This document shows, one piece after another, positions 48,122 through 58,048 of a stretch of 64,000 nucleotides of DNA. Every line of letters starts with the position of its first letter. The stretch's first letter is position 1. The translations under genes and the position numbers were made by a program. The notes under the pieces were generated by a model. It was not told the origin of the DNA. It ran no database searches and saw nothing but the letters and a program-made list of their open reading frames with translations. The stretch comes from an uncultured Elusimicrobia bacterium (GTDB lineage: Bacteria > Elusimicrobiota > Elusimicrobia > 2-01-FULL-59-12), in assembly GCA_964604825.1 (NCBI GenBank), contig CAZSAL010000009.1, positions 2,479-66,478 of the forward strand, written 5' to 3'.

Positions 48122-51100
48122 ATGCCGCAGATGTTTTCTGCTGCTGCAGCGATAACAAAAAGGGAAATAGCCGTTCAATTTGGAGGCATGCTCTTCGTGC
48201 AGCCTTTTCCCTTTTTGCGTTTTTCCTTCATGACCCTCAAGCGGATCATCGGCATTGCGCTTTGCTGCGCCGTTTCCCTCGGAGACCCAGTCTGGGCTTC
48301 AGGAATCCATGTATCCATGAATCGGAGCACCAGAGCGCTGGAGCACCGGAGCGATGTCTTTTCCCCGGTTCCCCGGTTCATCGGTTCTCCGGTTCGGTCA
48401 TTCGAAGAGCAGACGGTAGTTCCCAGGCTTTCATGTGCGTATCGCGCGGGCGCCTCCACGCTGTCGGGTTTCCGTATACTGCGTGCCATGCTTTCGAACC
48501 AGGCCTCAGAGACCCCCCTGTCTCTCCATGAGGCTCTGCGTCATGCCCGGCGTTTTGTGGGCATCGATTTTGTCCAGGGTTTCCATAAGCCGGCCAATCC
48601 ATTCGCTTTATGGTCATACGTCAATTTGATGGGAAGCAATTTTGAAGAACTTTTCGAGAATTTCAGGAATCTGGATTATGACGCTCCAGGTTACCGGGAA
48701 ACAGCTGCGGCCTTGCGCCTTAATCAGGACCTTTCCCGATATAGCGAGCTTCTCGAACTTTACGCCGATTTAAAAGAGAAAAATCCGGAAGATCCCAGAT
48801 TGGCAGATCTTCGCGGCATCCTGCGGCATAAACAATACAACGGGATCCTGGCGAAAGAAGGTGACCGTAAACCCGGGCGCAGAGGCGGTATCCCGATCAA
48901 TCGACGTACATGGGACGGTCGGGGTGACGAAACATGCGGTCTGATCATCGATGAAATCCTCCGGCTGCACAAGGAAGCTCCAGATAAAACGATTATTATC
49001 GACGATTGGGCCGTTTCGGATGGCATTACTTCCATGGGACTTGCCCGCCGGATCGAAGAAAATGACCTGTCGAGTTTTGTTTCCATACGGGCGTATGACA
49101 AGTCGTTATCCTTCTGGATTTCCGACAAAATGCTCGATGGCTACCGGCTGATTTTTGACGCCAGCGGGCATTTAATCCAGGCTGTGCCCGTAAATCCAGG
49201 CCGGCTTTGGGTGCGCTGGACTCTGGCGGATTATTTCTCCAAGTGGGTCCGGGACAAGCTGGAACGATGGATGTCCACCCGGGGGAACACTCTTGTCGGC
49301 AGGGAACGATTTCCCGTCCGGAATATACCTATTGAAACGCTTGAGAAACGTTTCATGCAGGCAAAAGCACAGGAAGACGGTTCTCTGGTGCGTATCTCAC
49401 TGTTGGACCCCGAGGTAGAAGCCTACAGTCGGGCGCATCCTCGTCTGCTGCAGTTTTTTGAAGCCGATATTAGACAGCCGCCTTTCCGTGGTAACCCGGA
49501 TGAACAGGCTTCAGTGATCCGCGTCATGGGGCTCATGATGCGGAATAAGGAATATTTCAGCGATTCCACAATTAAACGGACGCTGGCTAACCTTGCAGGT
49601 AACTCTTTCCCCGAGCAGGAAGGCATGATGCTTAACGGTGTGGTCGGTTCCATTAAGAAGCCGGAACAGTTATTCCTTGATGTTTATCGCTTCAACGGGG
49701 AGTCTCTGAATTTGGAAGATTCCAGAGGGTACAAAACTGACCGTGGCTGGGAACAGATTTATTTATCCGAATTCCCTCATGAACTGCCTCGCGACGGCGG
49801 AGTTTCCGGTAGCGCCTCGGGCGCTTCGGTTGGCAATAACAGACAAAAACGCAGATCAGGCGCCTCTATGTTCACATCCCTGGCAGGGCACAGGCAGGTT
49901 ATTTTGATAGCTGGGGTTCTGTTGTTGCTGCTGGTTATGGTGTCTTTCCCTTTAGCCGCTCATTCCTTGGCGGCAACCGCGCTCCATCCGGCCGTGCACC
50001 ATATTGCGCCTGTTGCGCAGCAGGGTGTTGACCACGTAATGCATGGCGCGCAAATGTTTTCCGTCCCGGGAATTAACGGCCTGCCGACGGTTACCGATTA
50101 CGATAAAATCAACCCCGGATATATAAATCATCTGGTTCAGAATTTAGTGAACGGAACGGACGGTTTTTCCCTGCATCGCGATTTACTAACCCAGACGCTG
50201 CATCATCAGCCTGACAATCAGGAACTCGTAGATTACGTCAGGCATCTTCATATGCTGAGGGTTGATGTCAGTCATGCAGGCCCGCAGCCGATACATGACC
50301 TGGCCCAGAAAGTTCTCATTATGGATCACCAGATCTATCAGCCCGGTCAGGCGATCCCGAATTTTTCCGGAAAAGAAATTGAAGCAATGACAGAGGTCAT
50401 TAAAACGGCCAACCCGCATGGCATTATGGGGAATCAGGTCTGGATCCCGGAATTTTTCAAACCTCATCTGGATGTGGTAACTGATCCTAAAATGGTGGAT
50501 TGGCATTCGTTCAGCTGCCTGCCGCTGCATCCTGTCTCGCCCGGCCATCAAGGTTTTCCCTTCTCTTCGCATTTTCCGAATCTACATCAAGCGCCGGCAG
50601 CTCCAGCGCATTTAGTCGCGCCTGCTCCGGCTACCACAGTTCCGCCCGCTCAAACTCCACCGGTGGCGCCAGCTCCGGTTCATCCGGTTGCACCCGCTCC
50701 TGCTCCCGGCGTGCAACCTGCTGCCCCTCCGGCTCTGCCATCGCCACAGGCATCTACGCATCCTCCTATAGTGCCGTACGCGGCAAAAGATTTGGATTCT
50801 TATGTTCCCTATCCGCTGCAGTTGATTCTCAAAGAAATAATGGAAGGTGGTTTCGGCCTGGCAGCGTTGATTGTATCGTTGAGATGGATCTTACGGGTAC
50901 CGCGCATAACGCCCGTGCCGCCTCCCGGCTCTCCGGAGGAAGGCTTGATGAAGCAGGATAGAAGGATGCTCCGGATTTATGGAGTTCTGGAAGACATGGG
51001 GCAGGATAACCGAAAAGCCCTTAATCTTGAAGATATATACATAAAATTAAATCCCTCCCATACCAGTGAGTTGAGCCGGAAAGAAAAAAGACATCTGAAC

Positions 51101-54100
51101 AGGATGATAGGCAGAATTCAAAAGAGGATAAAAGCGAAACAAAACAATCAACCGAACGCGTCTGCGCCTTTGCCGGTTTTCCTTTCTCTGTCCTTTTATG
51201 GGGTTTCGTATTCCGCATGGCTTGCGGTACCTGTTTGTATTGCGGGAGGGCTGTGGCTATGGAATGACCGGAAAGAGAAACGATATGGTCAGGCGATAGA
51301 CGCTTATTTAGGAAAACCTGGCAAACCTGAAGAAATAGAGACAGCGATTTCCAAAGGTTCGCTTATTGATCCGCTTCCTGTACGGGAAGTTGATGCCCAA
51401 GTCAGCAATTTGATTAACCGGACGGCATTGATCGCGGGGGGATCGGCAGTCCTGATTTGTTTGGCATTTCTGCTGGCGCCTGCGTGGGCTGGCGTAGAAC
51501 ATCAGCTTCAGCAATCAGTACCGAACTTCCTGTCAATATTTGTAGGCGGTGGAACAGGCTATCTGTTGTTCCACAAAAATTTACGGGACCCCAGCAAAAA
51601 TAGACCTTATATCTACTCAGAATTGACCAATCGTAAATATGACGATAGATATAAACTCGCAATTGGCGGGTCGTTTGTCATGTTTGTGTTGGGGTCGTCG
51701 ATTCATTTTGCCTATTTATGGCTGGAGTTGTTGGGGGCTTTTGTTATTGGTTTTGGCTACATATGGTACCACTATTGGACAGGCATCCCGGCGGAAGAAA
51801 TGAAGCGTCCGAAAAATACGGAACTGGAGGAGTGGGAACAACTGCTGACCGAAGGGCTTACGAGAAACGACGACCCCGTAATTTTCAGCGCCCACACTCT
51901 GGATAATCTTTTCAACCGGCTGATCCCAATTCTTGCCGTTAAAGCTTTCGAACCAACGATCATTGGGAACCCCGGTAGGATAACCGTATTCAACAGATTT
52001 CATGAAGAACTAATGTATCTCGCCGAGGATACGCTTCATAAACTTGATCAATTGCCAGCTCCCGGAACAGACCAGGAAAAGTCGCGCCTGCAGTTGACGC
52101 GCCTGCGAACTGTGCAGATCCTGAAATATGCGGTTGCCTCCCGTATGGTGGGGGATCACGCATTTGCCGCCGCCAATCTGGCTGGTTATAAATTTGTCCG
52201 CCGTTTTGGCCGTATTGGGGGGGCAAAAGGAATCTATCTTTCGGACCTGGTGCAAGGTGTTGCTCTCGCATGGCTGAGAATCGAACAGGGAAGAAAAATT
52301 ACGAAATCCAAGCTTGCAGTATCAGTTTTTAAAATGGGCAAAGCGGGCAATGAAATGCTGCCGGGGCTGTTCCCGCGGATCCCGCAGTTCGGGGCTGCCT
52401 CACCTATCGAGTTAGAGCAGGAAGATATGGAGGATTATGAACTGTCTAAAGCTGCCGTAGAAGCGGTGGACAAGCTTATTGCCAACCTGCCTGATATGTA
52501 CTCGGGAGACCAGGTGCAAAAATCGCATCGTCAGATATATGGGCGTGCTGCAGGCTTGCTGGGCTTTGTCTTGCTTGTCATTTCCGTTTGCATGTCGCCT
52601 AACGGGTCTGCTTTTGCGCTGCTCCGGCTTTGGACTTCCATTATCACTTTCCCGATTGCCGTATATTGGATTACACACTGGCAGGCCGCGTTTGAAGCCC
52701 GAAGAGAATTTGTCACATCCAGGATAAATGAGTTGGAAAGTAAAAGCTATAAAGACTTACCCGCCCGTGCGTCTACTGAAGACGCCGCCCAAAAAATGTT
52801 TTTGGAGCAGATCCTTGCTTCCGCTACGCCGGACTCGGATCCTAATAGGCCCTTCTCTTTGGATTTGATTGTAATTGTGGTCAGAGATGAGGCCACCAGG
52901 AATGCGCTGGAAGCCAGGCTAAACGCTATGCAGGATCAATTAGGTTTGCCCGAAAGTCAACGACTGCCCGTATATTTTCTCACCAGTCAAACCACCATGG
53001 TGGCTGACATGCTTCAGGCTCATAGTTATTTGTTGAAAAAATGGGCAGACGTCCAGGAAGCAATACGCAATCAGCACGGCTACGAAATACCAGCCTTGAA
53101 AGACAGCCGTATAGGGGTCCTGATCGCTTCCGGATTGGCTGAACAGCCGTTTGATCCACTGATCAGGACAGGCATCGTATTGAGGACTGGAGATGCTAAA
53201 GCCTCTTTTGGATTTGATATGCCTTCGAATGAACAACTGATTTCCGGAGCTTTCAATGTGCTTAATCTTCTGTACCATGCGCAGGCGTTTAAGGATAAGG
53301 GCCAGCGCGCTTACCTGGTTGACAATGCACATAGTATTTATATCGCGCCGCGTTATGAAATTGATGATCAGAATCGCGCACCCGTGCGCTTGGGAATATA
53401 CACTGCCCACGTTAGCAAACAGGATATCGAAGACGCTAACAGCCGGGAGAGGAATAAGAAAGATTTATTGGGTATTGCAGGCATCGACATAGCAGTCCCG
53501 CGGTATGCGCACAGTGGAACCGGAAATGACGACAGCGAAGTTCTGCAGGGCCTTTACGCAGGGCCCAATGGGCTCAGGCGGGCACAGCAGGATATGAAAA
53601 GTGGACAATATGCAGACATTCAAGATGTCAGACAGTATCTGGGCGCGACCGGCCTGACAGTTATGGCGGCAGAGTCTGCCTTGGAACAAATATCTTTTGA
53701 AGGTCAAATGATGGACCCTTACGAAGTGTCATTGATTTTACTTGACCGTATTGCCGACAAGGCCATAGAACTCGCCAGATCGATGCCGGAGCAGGCGAGA
53801 ATGTTCACTTTCAAAATTCGAGCGCATCTTCTGGTTGCCCTGATTATGGCACGGGACAGGAGACGTCTTGATGGATTCGTCGGCCAGTCACTCAGAGAAT
53901 TGGAACAGCTCATGGCCACCCCGAACGCAGCGCTGCCTGATCAGCGAAACGATATAAGCGCGAATGTCCCCGATCCTCTTAAGGACGCGCAAGAAGCACT
54001 TCGCAAATATTTTGATTTTCTCTTCGAGTTAAGGGAGGCCGCCGGGAAACTGATCGATTTTGAAACCATTATTCCAAGCCATGATTATTTCAGGCTGCTC

Positions 54101-54208
54101 TATCCAGATGGGGGCACAATAGCACACGAAGATCTCGCAAGAATCAGTAAAGCGCCTGCTCTTAGCGGAAAAGTGACTTCGCCTGGTGCGCTCAAAGCGG
54201 CGGCCTGA
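48122..54208 (+). CDS. Giant (2028 aa) multi-pass membrane protein of unknown function
   Basis: Continuous 6.1-kb ORF. Probable signal peptide (MTLKRIIGIALCCAVSLGDPVWA); at least 6 strongly hydrophobic helices; a His-rich segment; a Pro/Ala-rich linker (APAAPAHLVAPAPATTVPPAQTPPVAPAPVHPVAPAPAPGVQPAAPP); ~500-aa soluble regions at the N-terminus and C-terminus with no recognisable catalytic motifs. Confidence 0.6.
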   Translation: MPQMFSAAAAITKREIAVQFGGMLFVQPFPFLRFSFMTLKRIIGIALCCAVSLGDPVWASGIHVSMNRSTRALEHRSDVFSPVPRFIGSPVRSFEEQTVVPRLSCAYRAGASTLSGFRILRAMLSNQASETPLSLHEALRHARRFVGIDFVQGFHKPANPFALWSYVNLMGSNFEELFENFRNLDYDAPGYRETAAALRLNQDLSRYSELLELYADLKEKNPEDPRLADLRGILRHKQYNGILAKEGDRKPGRRGGIPINRRTWDGRGDETCGLIIDEILRLHKEAPDKTIIIDDWAVSDGITSMGLARRIEENDLSSFVSIRAYDKSLSFWISDKMLDGYRLIFDASGHLIQAVPVNPGRLWVRWTLADYFSKWVRDKLERWMSTRGNTLVGRERFPVRNIPIETLEKRFMQAKAQEDGSLVRISLLDPEVEAYSRAHPRLLQFFEADIRQPPFRGNPDEQASVIRVMGLMMRNKEYFSDSTIKRTLANLAGNSFPEQEGMMLNGVVGSIKKPEQLFLDVYRFNGESLNLEDSRGYKTDRGWEQIYLSEFPHELPRDGGVSGSASGASVGNNRQKRRSGASMFTSLAGHRQVILIAGVLLLLLVMVSFPLAAHSLAATALHPAVHHIAPVAQQGVDHVMHGAQMFSVPGINGLPTVTDYDKINPGYINHLVQNLVNGTDGFSLHRDLLTQTLHHQPDNQELVDYVRHLHMLRVDVSHAGPQPIHDLAQKVLIMDHQIYQPGQAIPNFSGKEIEAMTEVIKTANPHGIMGNQVWIPEFFKPHLDVVTDPKMVDWHSFSCLPLHPVSPGHQGFPFSSHFPNLHQAPAAPAHLVAPAPATTVPPAQTPPVAPAPVHPVAPAPAPGVQPAAPPALPSPQASTHPPIVPYAAKDLDSYVPYPLQLILKEIMEGGFGLAALIVSLRWILRVPRITPVPPPGSPEEGLMKQDRRMLRIYGVLEDMGQDNRKALNLEDIYIKLNPSHTSELSRKEKRHLNRMIGRIQKRIKAKQNNQPNASAPLPVFLSLSFYGVSYSAWLAVPVCIAGGLWLWNDRKEKRYGQAIDAYLGKPGKPEEIETAISKGSLIDPLPVREVDAQVSNLINRTALIAGGSAVLICLAFLLAPAWAGVEHQLQQSVPNFLSIFVGGGTGYLLFHKNLRDPSKNRPYIYSELTNRKYDDRYKLAIGGSFVMFVLGSSIHFAYLWLELLGAFVIGFGYIWYHYWTGIPAEEMKRPKNTELEEWEQLLTEGLTRNDDPVIFSAHTLDNLFNRLIPILAVKAFEPTIIGNPGRITVFNRFHEELMYLAEDTLHKLDQLPAPGTDQEKSRLQLTRLRTVQILKYAVASRMVGDHAFAAANLAGYKFVRRFGRIGGAKGIYLSDLVQGVALAWLRIEQGRKITKSKLAVSVFKMGKAGNEMLPGLFPRIPQFGAASPIELEQEDMEDYELSKAAVEAVDKLIANLPDMYSGDQVQKSHRQIYGRAAGLLGFVLLVISVCMSPNGSAFALLRLWTSIITFPIAVYWITHWQAAFEARREFVTSRINELESKSYKDLPARASTEDAAQKMFLEQILASATPDSDPNRPFSLDLIVIVVRDEATRNALEARLNAMQDQLGLPESQRLPVYFLTSQTTMVADMLQAHSYLLKKWADVQEAIRNQHGYEIPALKDSRIGVLIASGLAEQPFDPLIRTGIVLRTGDAKASFGFDMPSNEQLISGAFNVLNLLYHAQAFKDKGQRAYLVDNAHSIYIAPRYEIDDQNRAPVRLGIYTAHVSKQDIEDANSRERNKKDLLGIAGIDIAVPRYAHSGTGNDDSEVLQGLYAGPNGLRRAQQDMKSGQYADIQDVRQYLGATGLTVMAAESALEQISFEGQMMDPYEVSLILLDRIADKAIELARSMPEQARMFTFKIRAHLLVALIMARDRRRLDGFVGQSLRELEQLMATPNAALPDQRNDISANVPDPLKDAQEALRKYFDFLFELREAAGKLIDFETIIPSHDYFRLLYPDGGTIAHEDLARISKAPALSGKVTSPGALKAAA

Positions 54209-54281
54209 GATATCTCCGTCACCCTGCTGTCATCCAGTTTTTACTCCGCCATGACTCCATTTCGCCGCCGTTCGTGCCACA

Positions 54282-55331
54282 ATGCAATCCATGCCTCCTG
54301 CTCTGCTGGAAGACGTAATCCATATCGAAGAACGGCGCCCTCTTTCGGAGGAGATTGTTTCTGTTCTAGAACAAGTTGTCTGGGGCACGGACGAAGCCCG
54401 TTACACCCTGAAAAACGTCCGGGAGATTCTACAGCACACTACCGGTTTCCAGTATTTTTTGGTCCGCAGGAATGGAAAAATTGTGGCCATGCGGGCAGAC
54501 CAGGTGAAGACTCTGCAGGTGAACGGAACATGGGAACCATGTCTCTATCACAGCATGGCGGCTGTTGTCCCTTCAGCGCTGGGGCGGGGTTTTGGAAGAA
54601 TCATGTACGGGAAAAGCTTGGATTACTATAAGCGCAAATTAAATGAAAAGGGGATTATTTATGCCTATGTTGAAACCGGCAATCTCAAATCGCTGCATCT
54701 GTCAGAATCCCTGGGATACCGGCGTCTTGGACAATTTCAGGTCATCGCCTTCAGCAGGTTCTTCCCGAAAAATTCTTCCGGGGTCACCCTTTTGCAGGAG
54801 CACGAGATTCCCTGGATTGACCATCTTTTAAAGGAACGCTACCATGGGCATCTTCTTCTCGAAAAAGATCCCGCCATCCGACTCGGTTCCTATTATGTAC
54901 TTAAGGACGAAGAAGGGATAGTGGCTGGAGTTCAGGCTGATTTTCAGCGCTGGCAGATCCATTCTCTGGGCGGGTTTGGCGGCTCAGTTGCGAGGGATCT
55001 CCTGCCGCATATTCCCTTGATGAGACGAATTTTCAATCCTGACGACTTCCGCTTCCTGAAGTGGGGCCATGTTTATGTGCGAAAAGGCCGGGAAAAAATC
55101 CTGTTTGAACTGATGGAAGCAGTACTGGCGCGCCAAGGGCTGCATACGGGTATCGGATATTTTGATCGCCGTAGTCCAGTAGACGGTCCTCTCCTGAAAA
55201 AACAAGGATGGGGGGTACTGCGCCACCTGGTTGAAACTTCAGTTCAAGTTCTCGGCTATTTCCAGGAGGGTCAATATAAACTGACAGATTTGCAAAAGAT
55301 CCCTCTCGTCATCTCGCCAAACGACCCCTGA
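54282..55331 (+). CDS. GNAT-like acyl-CoA N-acyltransferase family protein (tentative)
   Basis: RGFGRIMYGKSLDYYKRK...YAYVETGNLKSLHLSESLGY resembles GNAT motif A/B; 349 aa. Confidence 0.4.
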   Translation: MQSMPPALLEDVIHIEERRPLSEEIVSVLEQVVWGTDEARYTLKNVREILQHTTGFQYFLVRRNGKIVAMRADQVKTLQVNGTWEPCLYHSMAAVVPSALGRGFGRIMYGKSLDYYKRKLNEKGIIYAYVETGNLKSLHLSESLGYRRLGQFQVIAFSRFFPKNSSGVTLLQEHEIPWIDHLLKERYHGHLLLEKDPAIRLGSYYVLKDEEGIVAGVQADFQRWQIHSLGGFGGSVARDLLPHIPLMRRIFNPDDFRFLKWGHVYVRKGREKILFELMEAVLARQGLHTGIGYFDRRSPVDGPLLKKQGWGVLRHLVETSVQVLGYFQEGQYKLTDLQKIPLVISPNDP

Positions 55332-55358
55332 ACCTGAATCGGCGCAAGCGGTATCACA

Positions 55359-55796
55359 CTAACGCAATGAAAAAATGAAAAGGATTGCTGCGCAGAGAAG
55401 CATCCGCCAGTGGTCGGCAGGGAGTCCCCACAACCATTTAGTATGCCATGTGGCTTTATGGGGATTGTGATTTTTCCATCCGAAAGCGGGATTAGCCAGA
55501 AACCAGACCAAATCTTCCACCACCCAGAAAACAAAAATCCAGGAGATGGCCCGGAATTCAAGCCGGGCATTCCATGTCCATGACCAAACAAACGGCATGT
55601 GGAAAACCGCAATAATGAAGGAAAAAGCCCACAGATGGTAACCCGTCAGGGGGCGGTCCCCTAAGGCAATATTAAGGAGAGGATGTTTTATCCGCCAGGT
55701 CGGCAGGTTTGCGGCCCAGCCGCCGGTGCCTTCGATTTCAATTTCCAGTTTGGCCCAGATATAGGCGGCCACAAGAACAAAGACAAATTCCCGAAT
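55359..55796 (-). CDS. Small integral membrane protein (hypothetical), last gene of the PlcP-like operon
   Basis: Trp-rich hydrophobic 145-aa product from the internal Met (MIREFVFVLVAAYIW...). That start abuts the upstream GT28 gene stop. Confidence 0.35.
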   Translation of the reverse strand: MREFVFVLVAAYIWAKLEIEIEGTGGWAANLPTWRIKHPLLNIALGDRPLTGYHLWAFSFIIAVFHMPFVWSWTWNARLEFRAISWIFVFWVVEDLVWFLANPAFGWKNHNPHKATWHTKWLWGLPADHWRMLLCAAILFIFSLR

Positions 55797-56923
55797 CATG
55801 CAACCATTGAATGCGAGATTATATTTTCGGCTATCGCGAAGGCGGCTTTGGGCCGGGAACATCGGGTGATATTTTTCCCAAGTTCCTGCCGTAGCAGGGG
55901 TTCGCTCATGGTGAGCAGAACAATGGAAGGCAGATCCTCAAAAGCGGGAGCTCTCAGCGCAGCGTGCTGTGAAGCAAGGAAGCGCGCATTGCGTTCCTCC
56001 TGTCCCGGGATCGGAGAAATCAGAATCATCAGTTTTTTCTTGGCCAGACATTCAGAAACGGTCAGGCCGCCGGGTTTGGTGATAACTATGTCCGAGACGC
56101 TCAAGAGCTCATGCATGTTATCTACATAGCCGAGATTGTGCAGCGTCATCGCCGGCGGAGGCGTGATACGGTTCAGGCGTTCGCGCAGTTCCGCGTTGTT
56201 CCCTGAAATCGTAACCACCTGGAAAGCTCCGGGCAGAGTCAGAATCCGGTTGACCGCTTTTTCCAGAGACGCAAGCCCCAGACCGCCGGTAAGCATAACC
56301 AGAACAGGCCGGACGGGGTCGAGATGGAATTTCCTGTAGAGGGCCGCAAGATTTACCGCGTCCGTAAATGCCGGATGAACCGGAATACCGGTTACTGAAA
56401 TGCGTTCGTTTGGAATTCCCCTGGCCGCGAGCGCTTTGACCAGACCTTCATGCGCTACATAATACCGGGAGATGTTGCGGGAAATCCAGAAGGGGTGAAT
56501 GCTGTAATCCGTAATCACGCATTCGAGCGGGATGGATCGCAAAGCTTCATCCGGAGCAATCGCCATAAGCTGAGGGATAAGGAAATGAGTGGTAACTATC
56601 AAGTCGGGTTTAAAATTCCTGACGCAACCAAAAAAACGCGAAACGAATGATCTCTGAGCGCGGCAGAAAATGGGAGTGAGTTTTGACTCAGGCTGTCGGC
56701 GGTCCCAGAAGTGATAAAGGCGGCCCCACAGGGATGGCGCGCGGTTCACGGCAAAGCGATAGCCGTCCAGATATAAACGCCGGAATGCCGGCGCCGCATA
56801 ATCTGTTGCGTCGATATGAAGCGTTTCAATTTCCGGCGCAGTGCGGCGCAGCGCTTCACGGATGGCTTCTGCCGCGCGCACATGGCCGCAGCCTGTCCGG
56901 ACCGATGTGATGAGAATTTTCAC
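55796..56923 (-). CDS. Diacylglycerol glycosyltransferase (MGDG-synthase-like, GT28 family)
   Basis: N-terminal MKILITSVRTGCGHVRAAEAIREAL (MGDG_synth-like), C-terminal GT-B half (ITKPGGLTVSECLAKKKLMIL). Confidence 0.65.
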   Translation of the reverse strand: MKILITSVRTGCGHVRAAEAIREALRRTAPEIETLHIDATDYAAPAFRRLYLDGYRFAVNRAPSLWGRLYHFWDRRQPESKLTPIFCRAQRSFVSRFFGCVRNFKPDLIVTTHFLIPQLMAIAPDEALRSIPLECVITDYSIHPFWISRNISRYYVAHEGLVKALAARGIPNERISVTGIPVHPAFTDAVNLAALYRKFHLDPVRPVLVMLTGGLGLASLEKAVNRILTLPGAFQVVTISGNNAELRERLNRITPPPAMTLHNLGYVDNMHELLSVSDIVITKPGGLTVSECLAKKKLMILISPIPGQEERNARFLASQHAALRAPAFEDLPSIVLLTMSEPLLRQELGKNITRCSRPKAAFAIAENIISHSMVA

Positions 56924-56981
56924 CCCACCACCTCATTGGGTACGACAATACCCGCCGTCGGTGTGCAATGAGGTGGTGGGA

Positions 56982-57875
56982 TCATGAAACGCTCACCGCA
57001 ACCGGCGGGGCATTCTCTTGCCGGGATTTTTCCGGGGACATGATCTCAATCCAGGAAAGCATCTCCAGCCGGCCGTCGAAGTGCTCTACCAGGGCAGTGG
57101 CGCTTTCCACCCAGTCGCCGTCGTTGCAATAAAGAACGCCGTTACACTCGCGGATTTCCGCTTTATGAATGTGTCCGCAGACGATGCCGTCCAGCTTACG
57201 GTGCCGGCATTCCTGAACAACCGCTTCTTCGAATGAGGAAATAAAGTTAACCGCATTTTTGACCTTGTTTTTTAAGTACGCCGAGAAGGACCAGTAATGG
57301 TATCCCAGCTTCAAGCGGAAATGATTGAAAATCCGGTTGATGACCAGAGCCACTTCGTAAGCTTCATCGCCGATCCTTGCCAGCCAGCGCGCGAATTTGA
57401 CGACATTGTCGAATTGATCGCCATGCAGGACGAGAAGCTGTTTGCCGTCGGCAGTTCGGTGAATAATTTCTGAGGCAATGGTGATCCGGCCGAAGACCTG
57501 TTTTCCAAAAGCGCGCAGGAATTCATCATGATTGCCGGAGATCAGGTAAACGGAAGTGCCTTTGCGCGCTTTGCGCAGGATTTTTTGAATAACGTCGTTG
57601 TGCGACTGCGGCCAATACCAGCTTTTCTTAAGCTGCCAGCCGTCAATAATATCTCCTACCAGGTAGAGATAATCGCAGTCTGTTCTGCGCAAGAAATCGA
57701 GCAGAAAGCGTGTTTGTGAGTTGCGCGTTCCAAGGTGCAGGTCAGAAATCCAGACGGTTCTGTACTTCCTGACGCCGTCAATTAAATCTTCATTTAAAGG
57801 ATCAGATACTCCTCCGTGTGAACCTGAATCGGAAGAAAAATTTAAAAGGCTTCGAAAAAGTTCTGTGAAATCCAT
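56982..57875 (-). CDS. LpxH-family metallophosphoesterase, PlcP-like (putative phosphate-starvation phospholipase C)
   Basis: WISDLHLG, LVGDIIDGW, GNHDE, LHGDQFD, GHIHK are the calcineurin-like/LpxH metal ligands in order. Sits 59 nt upstream of a DAG glycosyltransferase and next to a Pho box. Confidence 0.6.
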   Translation of the reverse strand: MDFTELFRSLLNFSSDSGSHGGVSDPLNEDLIDGVRKYRTVWISDLHLGTRNSQTRFLLDFLRRTDCDYLYLVGDIIDGWQLKKSWYWPQSHNDVIQKILRKARKGTSVYLISGNHDEFLRAFGKQVFGRITIASEIIHRTADGKQLLVLHGDQFDNVVKFARWLARIGDEAYEVALVINRIFNHFRLKLGYHYWSFSAYLKNKVKNAVNFISSFEEAVVQECRHRKLDGIVCGHIHKAEIRECNGVLYCNDGDWVESATALVEHFDGRLEMLSWIEIMSPEKSRQENAPPVAVSVS

Positions 57876-57940
57876 TGATCAAGTTTAACAGGGGTGGGCT
57901 GAATAACCTATTGCAGGCCTGCAAATTCTATGTGAATTGT

Positions 57941-57983
57941 GTGTGACAGTTATGTCATTTATTCGTCATGTATCTTTTACAAA
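57941..57983. promoter_or_regulatory. Pho-box-like site (TGTCAT-ttat-TCGTCAT with an inverted TGTCAC upstream) in the divergent promoter region
   Basis: GTGTGACAG-ttaT-GTCAT-ttat-tcGTCAT: hexamers at 57953-58 and 57964-69 (11-bp spacing), with CTGTCAC on the other strand at 57943-49. A TACAAA -10 candidate lies 9 nt downstream for the + gene. Compare the E. coli Pho box CTGTCAT-N4-CTGTCAT. Confidence 0.5.
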
Positions 57984-58048
57984 TCTGATACAGAATTCAG
58001 GAAACGTATCAGGTAAGATTCAAATCACAAAAAGGGATAAAGGAAATC

